The notes under the pieces: generated by a model
Databases searched by the model: none
What the model saw: only the letters and a program-made list of their open reading frames with translations
What the model was told of the DNA's origin: nothing
Shown here: in pieces, positions 1-7,982 of the stretch
Layout: the number at the start of each line of letters is the position of its first letter
Numbering within the stretch: the stretch's first letter is position 1
Position numbers and translations under genes: made by a program
Assembly (NCBI GenBank): GCA_037444665.1
Contig: JBBILZ010000067.1
Coordinates: 1-10,889 of the forward strand
From: a candidate division WOR-3 bacterium
GTDB lineage: Bacteria; Hydrothermota; Tepidihabitantia; SM23-42; JAOAFX01
Direction: 5' to 3'
Length of the DNA stretch: 10,889 bases

Positions 1-3000
1 CCGTCGCATCGTAAATCCTCAATGACGTTTCGGATTTCGGATTTCGAATTTCGAATTTAATCGTAAGTTGATTCCTGAATGGATTCGGACCTAATACCAT
101 ACCCACCTGACCAGGCTCCAAACTCAATCCACCCTGCTCCTCTATACCAACCGTCGGCGGCCAGGTCGTATACTTCAAGGCAAACTGCGCAGTAATCGGC
201 ACACCCAATGAATGATAAGTACCATCAAGAAAATACTGAATACCAACCGTCTGCGCACTATTCTCTATACCCACTGTATTGTCCGTCTCATCCATCGCAT
301 CATAATACTGCACTATTATCTCACCATCACCTGTCGGCGTCGGATAATACGCCTCATCATATAAAATTATCTCAAAAGTCTCCATCGTCGCCTGATTACT
401 AATATGCGGCACCCTAAACCACTCCACCACAAACCTGTGATTCACCGCATCGTTGTAATAATATACATCCCCAGGCTGACCAGTATACGCCGGATATAAA
501 TCATCCCACAAACCCGCCACCATCGCCGGCGGACCATCACTGTTCGGAATCCCGCTATTCGTATAATCCGTTGATGATGTAGAACCCAACGCCAACCAAC
601 CATTGGAACAGATTGAAACCTGCGTATAATTCACCCCATAATACTTGAAGGTGAAAGGCAGATTAATCACAAAAGTCTGATCATCACCAGGATTCAATGA
701 TGTCCCAGGATGCTGGGTCTGCGTCGTATCTATCGCAAACCAACTATAAACCGGCGCCTGCTGATACGGACCACCTGACCAATACACATAATAATAACCC
801 GTATCCGATGGCATCATCCGACCAACCGTAATATCAAACTCCACTGTATCACAATAAACACCACTGGTCAACTCCAACTGCAACGGCACCACTGTGCCAA
901 TCGGCGTTGAACCCGCAGCGGTCAAGGTAAAGACATCACCACTATTATTACCCGTCGCACCTGGATTGAGCGTACCAAAACTACCATTCGCATCATTAAT
1001 CGTAATATAAGGCGAATTCTCCATCAAAACACCCGTAATATTACTCGCGGTCGCACCACCATCATTCTTTATTGCCACCACTAAATTCGCAGTCTCACCA
1101 GGGTCTAATAAACCATTGTTATTCCCACCCACTACCTGATAACTCTGATAGACCAGAACCGGGGCATAGACCGTAACCGCAGGATGGCTTACCCAGTGGC
1201 TGTCATTTACATCATAAAAATGTAAGTCAAAGTTCACGCCATGACCATTCGGACAATTATTCGCCACTGTAAATCTGTAGTAAGGATTGGAAATAACCGA
1301 ATCACCGGCAGAAATATTACCATACCAGGCAGAATCAATACTCAATGTCACATAAGGGTCTGATTCATCAAGCAAACCAAATACCTGCTGGGCAGTTGCT
1401 ACGCCAATGTTTTTGGCATATATCCCTAAATTTACTGTTTCTCCTGGATTTACCTGCCCATTTCCACCCTGGTCATTAACAATCAATGCCCCATTTACAA
1501 CATAGGGCCCAGAAGGTGATGTAACCATTGCATATCCTTCATATGGAATAAAGTTATGCCGAGTCACAGTAACATACATTGTATCACCAGGCGTGGTCGG
1601 TGATATGCTGAGTGTTGCAACACCAGCGCTATTTGTATATGCTGACACATGCAATTCTGGGTTCTGATTCTTTATCCAGCAACAGACAAGTGCATCCTGC
1701 ACAGGACTTCCGCCACCTGAAACATTCACGGTGTATTGCTGGGAACCAGGAAAAACAATTGCATTGTGGCTTACTGTAAGATTTTGGGGTATATCGGTCC
1801 AGAAATCCAATGATGGGTCATTAAACAGATGGTATGCCTCAAAGTAATATCGTTTTAATGAAGAACTTGTATGGTTTTCAATCCAGTAGAGTCCCCATTG
1901 TGTAAATCTACCGGTCTCATAAAGACGGCCAGGGATACTATCTGTATAAATTGCATCAAAATATCTCCGCTGGAGCCAGTCATCTTCATCCCAGTAGGTT
2001 GAAGGGACACTACCAAAATAGCATATACCGCCCTTGCCACTCAATCTATCCCAGGTCTCACCAAAACAATCTGAAGAATACTGATAATCACCGGTCAAAC
2101 AGCAATGACCCGCAGGAAAGCAATACATATCAAGGTTGTTGGTAAGATTGGTTAATTCAGTGACATTGAAATCACCTGAATAACCAACTGCCCAAGAAGT
2201 TTGACTCCCGTGTGCAGTATAGACCATCCAGGCACGGCCTGCATTTATCTGAGCAACGACCCTTCCTTCTTGTTCGCCTGATGCATAAACGAGTGTATCA
2301 ACAGTATAACCATAAGGGACAAGAAGATTTCTGCAATACCAGTTGGTTGCCATACCAACACCCTGATAAGAAGCATCATAACCAGCAATAAAACATGCCT
2401 TTTTCAACCAGGCATAACCAGCCGAGCCAAAATTTGCATGTTCATAGCGGATTGCCTTATTCACCACGGTATTACCTTGAACTGTATCAAGAACTGAAAT
2501 CCTTGCGTAGAACATATCCGGCAAATATGTATTACCCTCATTCACCTCTGCATAATACAAATCGGTCTGGTCACCAGAAGAAGAACCGGTTCCTGATGGT
2601 GGTAAGGCAATTGAACTTGAATTAGGGTCGCCCATTATCACCAAAAATGTCGCAATTGGATTCTGGAATCTTATGGTATCATTTATTGCCGAGGCACTCC
2701 AGCCTCCTGCATTCCACATCCTTATTTTATAGCCCTTTTTCTTCTTCCACTGGGCAAGTTTATTAGCAAGGGTCTGTGCCTGACCATTGTAAAAGATATC
2801 ATAATAGATTGGTAATGGCGGTACCCCTTTAAGATAATCAGGATAATTTATCACGGTCCGCTTAATAAATTCTTCCCAGACCGTTGAATAATCTTTTGCA
2901 ATATTCTTCTGGGTCTCAAGAATGTCTCCTCCGACAAAATCAACTCTAAGCGTGATATTTGTGTAGCATTTAATCTTTCCGCTCACAGGATTATAATGGA

Positions 3001-3574
3001 CGGGATAAACACGCAGGGTCGCCAGTCTATGCCCACGGGCTAAACCACCATCACCTTCATAAACATCACCTATTTTATCAGGATAATAGGCATCGGTTGA
3101 ATAGGTCTTTTCATCAATCACAAACTTTGCCTTTGCATTGGGGACCTTAGGCACGCTCTGAAGTGCGGGTACAATTCTTTTATCAATTCCGAGCGTCTTC
3201 AAATCATACTCATTATATTGTGCAGAGATCACCTCAAGTTTAATCTGTGCTCTATGAGGAACATCCAAAACTGCAGTTATCATTGGTAATTTGGGTTTTC
3301 CAATTTCACTCATATATGCGTATTCATCAATCTTCAAAAGTGCAAAATTTTCGTTTCCTGTATCAGTTAATTTTTGCGCATCATATTCTGAAAGTTCAGC
3401 ACCATAAATGTCTAAATTGAGTAAAACAAATGATTCATTTGAGGAAATCAGATTTATTGAAGTCTTATTCATTTCCCCACTGGTATGAAACGGTACCCAG
3501 GATGCAAATGAGAATGTAATACAAAAACAGAATACAAAACCAATCACTTTTAACGCCAAAGACTTAACATCCAT
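1..3574 (-). CDS. Secreted C25-family (gingipain-like) cysteine peptidase, multidomain, with C-terminal T9SS type A/FlgD-like sorting domain; 3' end lies outside the window (>=1191 aa)
   Basis: Hand translation from ATG at 3574 (SD-like AAAGGGGGT at 3586-3578) stays open to base 2. Signal peptide MDVKSLALKVIGFVFCFCITFSFA; propeptide motifs IGKPKLPMIT and RVYPVHYNPVSGKI; C25 motifs WKKKKGY, FLVIMGD, TDLYYAEV..YLPDMFYARIS, VYTAHGS (His455, 2212-2210), GHCCLTGDY (Cys492, 2101-2099), YHLFNDPSL; Ig-like YVTVTRHNFIPY; tail VGIEE...GPNPFRNQLTIKF...LRIYDAT. Absent from the ORF track because it has no stop in the window. Confidence 0.93.
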   Translation of the reverse strand, partial: MDVKSLALKVIGFVFCFCITFSFASWVPFHTSGEMNKTSINLISSNESFVLLNLDIYGAELSEYDAQKLTDTGNENFALLKIDEYAYMSEIGKPKLPMITAVLDVPHRAQIKLEVISAQYNEYDLKTLGIDKRIVPALQSVPKVPNAKAKFVIDEKTYSTDAYYPDKIGDVYEGDGGLARGHRLATLRVYPVHYNPVSGKIKCYTNITLRVDFVGGDILETQKNIAKDYSTVWEEFIKRTVINYPDYLKGVPPLPIYYDIFYNGQAQTLANKLAQWKKKKGYKIRMWNAGGWSASAINDTIRFQNPIATFLVIMGDPNSSSIALPPSGTGSSSGDQTDLYYAEVNEGNTYLPDMFYARISVLDTVQGNTVVNKAIRYEHANFGSAGYAWLKKACFIAGYDASYQGVGMATNWYCRNLLVPYGYTVDTLVYASGEQEGRVVAQINAGRAWMVYTAHGSQTSWAVGYSGDFNVTELTNLTNNLDMYCFPAGHCCLTGDYQYSSDCFGETWDRLSGKGGICYFGSVPSTYWDEDDWLQRRYFDAIYTDSIPGRLYETGRFTQWGLYWIENHTSSSLKRYYFEAYHLFNDPSLDFWTDIPQNLTVSHNAIVFPGSQQYTVNVSGGGSPVQDALVCCWIKNQNPELHVSAYTNSAGVATLSISPTTPGDTMYVTVTRHNFIPYEGYAMVTSPSGPYVVNGALIVNDQGGNGQVNPGETVNLGIYAKNIGVATAQQVFGLLDESDPYVTLSIDSAWYGNISAGDSVISNPYYRFTVANNCPNGHGVNFDLHFYDVNDSHWVSHPAVTVYAPVLVYQSYQVVGGNNNGLLDPGETANLVVAIKNDGGATASNITGVLMENSPYITINDANGSFGTLNPGATGNNSGDVFTLTAAGSTPIGTVVPLQLELTSGVYCDTVEFDITVGRMMPSDTGYYYVYWSGGPYQQAPVYSWFAIDTTQTQHPGTSLNPGDDQTFVINLPFTFKYYGVNYTQVSICSNGWLALGSTSSTDYTNSGIPNSDGPPAMVAGLWDDLYPAYTGQPGDVYYYNDAVNHRFVVEWFRVPHISNQATMETFEIILYDEAYYPTPTGDGEIIVQYYDAMDETDNTVGIENSAQTVGIQYFLDGTYHSLGVPITAQFALKYTTWPPTVGIEEQGGLSLEPGQVGMVLGPNPFRNQLTIKFEIRNPKSETSLRIYDAT
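28..58. repeat. Heptanucleotide tandem repeat (TTTCGGA)2(TTTCGAA)2TTT inside the C25 peptidase C-terminal domain
   Basis: Read directly: units at 28-34, 35-41, 42-48 and 49-55, plus a partial unit at 56-58. Encodes KFEIRNPKSE on the minus strand. Confidence 0.9.
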
Positions 3575-3591
3575 ATTACCCCCTTTCAATG

Positions 3592-3611
3592 TTTTGGACT
3601 TAAGTCTAAAA
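3592..3611. promoter_or_regulatory. Palindromic operator-like site 1, TTTTGGACTTAAGTCTAAAA, in the 5' UTR of the C25 peptidase gene
   Basis: 20-bp palindrome with one mismatched pair; 18/20 identical to site 2; lies between the predicted -10 and the RBS. Confidence 0.7.
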
Positions 3612-3643
3612 TAAGCACCTTTTCTGTTTTATAACTATTATAT

Positions 3644-3671
3644 ATATTATCAATTTTTCATTAAATGTCAA
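3644..3671 (-). promoter_or_regulatory. Sigma70-type promoter for the C25 peptidase gene
   Basis: Minus strand TTGACA (3671-3666), 16-nt spacer, then TAATAT (3649-3644) preceded by TGa (extended -10). A TATAAT also occurs at 3642-3637. Confidence 0.65.
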
Positions 3672-3678
3672 GGGTAGT

Positions 3679-3700
3679 TTTTTAGACTTAAGCCTAAAAA
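3679..3700. promoter_or_regulatory. Palindromic operator-like site 2, TTTTTAGACTTAAGCCTAAAAA, just upstream of the -35
   Basis: 22-bp palindrome with one mismatched pair; its centre is 88 bp from the centre of site 1. Confidence 0.7.
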
Positions 3701-3722
3701 TAGTTCACCGCTCAAACTGAGA

Positions 3723-4805
3723 TTAAAAATTTGTGATGAATTTTACAATAACCAGTGCAATGACACTGTTCCTTAAAATTTTGCCGGCAATTGGATTTCT
3801 GAATTTTAAATAATGCCACAAATAACCAGTTGCGAGCATAAATATAATTAGCCCCAAACTAATTAAAATACTTAATTCTGTATTCAATCCGTCGCCAAAA
3901 AAGTATAAAAAATTATTATGGGTATTCAATACCGAGCCATAAACAATGATTATATGCGCAAAGTAGATTATAAAAGATTCCTGCCCAATTACTACAAAAA
4001 AATTTAACACCTCGCTCTTCTTATTTTCAAAAAGCAAAAATAGACTGACCAGTATTAATAACAGACCAGTTCGTTGATAAAACAATGCAAAATCTAAAAT
4101 CCTCACGATAAATGATGCACCAAAAAATATAATACCCGAAATAAAAATTGGAAGCACTGCCCTTTTGAGTTCAACATATTCCTGCATCCTGTACAATACA
4201 TAACCGAATATGAATCCAAAAATCAAATAGGAAGAAAATGGAAACAAAGGAAAGTTTGAACCAAATTTGGAGGTTATGAGTTGAGTATAAAAATTTGGTG
4301 CTTTCACACTATTATTTATCTGCGGCGTAAAAAAAAGAATTAAAAGTAAACCGGCTAAAAAAACTGCGATAACTGTTTTTCTTAGTGGAAGGAAGATAAA
4401 AATAATCTGGAGTACAATAATCGTCCAACCAATGGTCTGGAGTATATCACATTGAAAAAACTGTGTGAGTTCTTTATCTGTAATCTGCGTTAACAATTGG
4501 TATAAAGAAAAACGGGGAAGGTGCAAAAAATATCCCATCAAAAGGATTGGTGTAATTCTTGTAAATCTTCGGAATAAAATCTCCCACCAGTGAAAATTCT
4601 TTTTGCGTATCAATGAAAATGCGAAACCACAGCCACTGGCCATAAGGAATGCAGGAGCAGTGAGCCCACGCAGGATGTGTAAAAATTGATACAGAAGTGT
4701 AAGTTTTGCTGCAGGCACAAGAACTGTGCTTAGCGTATGCCCCTGTATCATCATTATGACCGCATACGCCTTTAAAAGGTCAAGAAATATATATCGGGCT
4801 TTCAA
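3723..4805 (-). CDS. DUF1624 / heparan-alpha-glucosaminide N-acetyltransferase (HGSNAT)-like multi-pass membrane acyltransferase, 360 aa
   Basis: N-terminal FLDLLKAYAVIMMIQGH resembles D-x-x-R-G-x-A...M...H; also TAPAFLMASG, DILQTIG, FPLFPFSSYLIFG and GQESFIIYFAH; many hydrophobic segments. TTG start directly abuts the buk stop codon. Confidence 0.8.
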   Translation of the reverse strand: MKARYIFLDLLKAYAVIMMIQGHTLSTVLVPAAKLTLLYQFLHILRGLTAPAFLMASGCGFAFSLIRKKNFHWWEILFRRFTRITPILLMGYFLHLPRFSLYQLLTQITDKELTQFFQCDILQTIGWTIIVLQIIFIFLPLRKTVIAVFLAGLLLILFFTPQINNSVKAPNFYTQLITSKFGSNFPLFPFSSYLIFGFIFGYVLYRMQEYVELKRAVLPIFISGIIFFGASFIVRILDFALFYQRTGLLLILVSLFLLFENKKSEVLNFFVVIGQESFIIYFAHIIIVYGSVLNTHNNFLYFFGDGLNTELSILISLGLIIFMLATGYLWHYLKFRNPIAGKILRNSVIALVIVKFITNF

Positions 4806-5879
4806 TTATTTATATTCCAAAGGCTCTTCTTCTTTTCTCAAAACACGCAGAACACCAAGGACAAGTGCCTCCATCTCACCTTCGCCTGGATAGACAAAAA
4901 ATTTCGGACATAAAAATTTAATCCAGGATTTTAAAATAGCGACAAATTTTTTAGAATGTGCAATGCCTCCAGTAATAATAATTGCATCAATCTGTCCTTT
5001 TAACACAACTGCATAGGCACCAACTTCTTTTGCCACCTGATAAATGAGTGCATTGTAAACGAGTTCTGCATATTTATCACCATTCAGGATTCTCTCTTCC
5101 ACTTTCTGAATGTCATCAATACCGAGATACGATAACATACCACCTTCTCTTAACAGCATCTTTTTTATTTCACCTGCCTGATATTTACCACTGAAACACA
5201 TTTCAACAAGGGGAATGGTTGGTAATGCACCGGTCCGCTGAGGCGAAAATGGTCCATCTTCATTTGCATTAGACGAATCTACCTGCTTTCCCTTTAGATG
5301 GGCAGCCACTGTGATTCCTGTGCCCAGATGGATAATAATAAAATTGCATTTATTATATGGCTTTTTAATTTTTTTTGCTGTCTTCTTTGCTACCATCCGT
5401 ACATTCAAGGCGTGGCTCAATGCCTTTCTATTGATCTCTTTTAATCCGGAAAAACGGGAAAATTCCCAGAATTCATCAACTGAGACCGGGTCAACAAAAT
5501 ATGCCTTAATACCAAGTCCATCCGCAATCTCTTTGGCAATCATTACTCCTAATAGAGAAGGATGTTCTGATTGATAATTTCCATTTTTTATATCTTCAAC
5601 CAATTTTGTATTAACAAGATATGTACCACTGATTAAAGGTTTAAAAGGTCCTCCCCTTCCTACCACTGCACTCAATTTCTTTAAATCAAAATTTTTGCTT
5701 TTTAAATAATCAATGACCTTATCTCTCCGCCATTGATATTGGTCAATTATTTTGGGAAATTGTCGCAATTCATCTGCACTATGCCTGATATTCTCTTCTA
5801 AAACCGATTTAGCATTTTTGTAAATTGCAATCCTGGTTGAGCCAGCACCAGGATTGATGACAAGGATATGATATTCCAT
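4806..5879 (-). CDS. buk: Butyrate kinase family (ASKHA acetate/butyrate kinase superfamily), 357 aa
   Basis: Motifs ILVINPGAGSTRIA, AVVGRGG, SGTYLVN, VDPVSVDE, HALN, HLGTGITVAAH, GPFSPQRTG, DAIIITGGIAHS and YPGEGEMEAL; SD AAGGAGGT at 5890-5883. Confidence 0.92.
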   Translation of the reverse strand: MEYHILVINPGAGSTRIAIYKNAKSVLEENIRHSADELRQFPKIIDQYQWRRDKVIDYLKSKNFDLKKLSAVVGRGGPFKPLISGTYLVNTKLVEDIKNGNYQSEHPSLLGVMIAKEIADGLGIKAYFVDPVSVDEFWEFSRFSGLKEINRKALSHALNVRMVAKKTAKKIKKPYNKCNFIIIHLGTGITVAAHLKGKQVDSSNANEDGPFSPQRTGALPTIPLVEMCFSGKYQAGEIKKMLLREGGMLSYLGIDDIQKVEERILNGDKYAELVYNALIYQVAKEVGAYAVVLKGQIDAIIITGGIAHSKKFVAILKSWIKFLCPKFFVYPGEGEMEALVLGVLRVLRKEEEPLEYK

Positions 5880-5899
5880 TTTACCTCCTTAATTTTACC

Positions 5900-7975
5900 C
5901 TATTTTAATAATTTTAGCAAATTTGAATCGGGGATAACACCCAATTGTTTTAATCTCTTCACATCTTCTCGTGCCTTTTCAAAATTACCAGTAGTGTAGT
6001 AAGCAGTGGCACGATTGTAATACGAAGGCGCATAACTTGAATCAATTTCAATCGCCTGGTTATAATCTTGAAGTGCTTTATCTATTTCGCCAAAATCCAG
6101 ATATATATTCCCCCGGTTATTATAGGCGTGAACAAAATCCGGATTCAATTTCAAAACTTGATTGTAATCATTTAGTGCCCTCTCTAAATTTCCCAACCTG
6201 GTAAGTGTTACTGCGCGATTGTAATACGCATCCACATTCAGGGTATCTATTGCAATCGCCTTTGTATAATTTTCTAACGATTTAGCAAAATCGCCGTATA
6301 TGAAGTAAATATCTCCTCTGCTCACATAAGCAACTGATAGATATGAATCAATATCCAACGCTTTATTATAATTCTCCAGCGCAAGATTATAATTTTTTAA
6401 ATTAAAATATAATACACCCAGGTTGTAGTATGCTTCTGCAATATGGGGATTTAACTGGAGTACCCGGGTCAAATCATTATATGCCTTATCATATTCACCA
6501 ATGCGGGAGTAGATAGCTCCTCTATCCACATACCCCATAACAAATGCTGGCTGAATATTTAGGGCTTCTGTGAAATCAGCGATTGCCTTATCATAGACCT
6601 TAAGTTTTTCATATACTGTGCCACGATTAAAATATGCAAGCTCTAATCCAGGGCTGATTGCAATCGCCTTGTTGAAATCATTTATTGCCTTCTCATATTG
6701 CCCATTAAAATTATACGCATTCCCCCTGTTATTGTATGCAATTGCACAATCAGGAAATTTTGCGAGCACATCATCCCATAGTGTAATACTGTTCTTCCAT
6801 ACTTTGCAACGATTAAAACTAAGAAAAGCGTAAAAAGAGAATAGGACAATTAAAAATACTACTAAAATTATTTTCATGATGGTTGACATTCTAAATTTGT
6901 TATACAACCAGAGATAGGCAATCCCTGCAACAAAAAATAATCCAATTGCGGGAATATATGTATAACGGTCTGCGGCGATCGCCGGTGCAACAAGAGGGAT
7001 AATCTGACTGACTGGCAGAATGGCAATTATAAAAAAAAGTGCACCAAAGATAACCTTATTAGTAAGAACCTTTGTGCGCACAATCAATATTACCAGCCCC
7101 ACAATTATAAACGGTGCAACCAGAAATACCAAAGGCAGCGCATGTTCAAAATTTTCAGGATAAGGATAGAAACAGGATAAGCGCAAAGGTAAAACTAATT
7201 TATATAAATAAAACAGAATATTGTAGCAAAAGACAAAAAGATGCTTTAGATAATTCAATAGTGGAACTGACCCCGAGCCCTGAAACACAATATTGAGCAC
7301 ACTAAAAATGATTGTTATTACCAAAAATGGAACCTTGTTATAGAGTTGACGGATAGTAAACTTTTTTTCCTTATAATAGTCAAGGAGTATCAGTATTAAT
7401 GGAAAAGTGGCCGCCATTGGTTTTGAAAGGATGGACAAAAAAAATAGCAGGAGTGAAAAGAAATAATATTTTTTATGCGGACGATTCTGAAAACAAATAT
7501 AAAATATCAATCCGCTCAAGAAAAAAAATGAATAGAGCATATCTTTTCTTTCTGTTGCCCAGGCAACCGATTCAACACGAAGCGGATGGATACCAAAAAG
7601 TAGTGCAACAATAAAGGATAAGAGCAGATTTTTACCGAGAAGATGGATTAACCAGAAAACAAGAATCACATTGAACAAGTGAAAGATAAGGTTTGTTAAA
7701 TGAGAAATCAGTGGATTGAGCTTAAAGAATTTGTATTCTATGGCAAAAGAGAGTATGGTGAGCGGGATATATGTACCTACATAACCCGATGTAAAGATTT
7801 CTTTAATGTTTTTCCAGGATAACTCCCTGATTGCGTGATTGGCAGTGATAAGATGATAATCATCCCAGTTACAATACCCATTCTTTAAACAAGGGAAAAA
7901 TGTGATGAATGTAACCACCAATAAAATTCCAATATATCCATAATTTTTTATATTGCTGGATACATCTATTTTCAT
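5900..7975 (-). CDS. TMTC-like GT-C fold membrane glycosyltransferase (putative protein O-mannosyltransferase) with 8 C-terminal TPRs, 691 aa
   Basis: First-loop NWDD acidic motif, YIPLTILSFAIEY (cf. YRPL), LFGIHPLRVESVAW, LSKPMA, ADRYTYIP (cf. AERYLY) and RCKVWKNSITLW, followed by eight 34-aa TPRs (about 6745-5930). Confidence 0.85.
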   Translation of the reverse strand: MKIDVSSNIKNYGYIGILLVVTFITFFPCLKNGYCNWDDYHLITANHAIRELSWKNIKEIFTSGYVGTYIPLTILSFAIEYKFFKLNPLISHLTNLIFHLFNVILVFWLIHLLGKNLLLSFIVALLFGIHPLRVESVAWATERKDMLYSFFFLSGLIFYICFQNRPHKKYYFFSLLLFFLSILSKPMAATFPLILILLDYYKEKKFTIRQLYNKVPFLVITIIFSVLNIVFQGSGSVPLLNYLKHLFVFCYNILFYLYKLVLPLRLSCFYPYPENFEHALPLVFLVAPFIIVGLVILIVRTKVLTNKVIFGALFFIIAILPVSQIIPLVAPAIAADRYTYIPAIGLFFVAGIAYLWLYNKFRMSTIMKIILVVFLIVLFSFYAFLSFNRCKVWKNSITLWDDVLAKFPDCAIAYNNRGNAYNFNGQYEKAINDFNKAIAISPGLELAYFNRGTVYEKLKVYDKAIADFTEALNIQPAFVMGYVDRGAIYSRIGEYDKAYNDLTRVLQLNPHIAEAYYNLGVLYFNLKNYNLALENYNKALDIDSYLSVAYVSRGDIYFIYGDFAKSLENYTKAIAIDTLNVDAYYNRAVTLTRLGNLERALNDYNQVLKLNPDFVHAYNNRGNIYLDFGEIDKALQDYNQAIEIDSSYAPSYYNRATAYYTTGNFEKAREDVKRLKQLGVIPDSNLLKLLK

Positions 7976-7982
7976 ATTCTTC

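Noticed and set aside
1..1300. Diversity-generating retroelement target in the protease C-terminus
   Set aside because: There is no reverse transcriptase and I found no TR/VR repeat pair in the window.
208..2625. Short ORFs 208-402(+), 1855-2040(-), 1951-2145(+) and 2395-2625(+)
   Set aside because: All overlap the long C25 peptidase CDS in antisense or alternative frames and show no recognisable motifs.
3630..3657. Possible dif-like site (minus strand ATAA-TATATA-TAAT core), given the nearby xerD
   Set aside because: The arms match the XerD consensus TTATGTTAAAT poorly, and the sequence is explained by the AT-rich -10 region.
3679..3700. Palindrome as the intrinsic terminator of the acyltransferase gene
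   Set aside because: The stem is AT-rich with no following U-tract on the coding strand, and a second copy in the downstream 5' UTR favours a protein-binding site. Not fully excluded.
3592..3700. Mini CRISPR array formed by the two palindromes
   Set aside because: There are only two 20-bp units, the 68-bp spacer contains a promoter, and no cas genes are present.
7437..7528. A8 homopolymer tracts (7437-7444, 7521-7528) as phase-variation sites in the TMTC-like gene
   Set aside because: Such tracts are expected from Phe/Leu codons in AT-rich membrane-protein genes, and the frame is intact.
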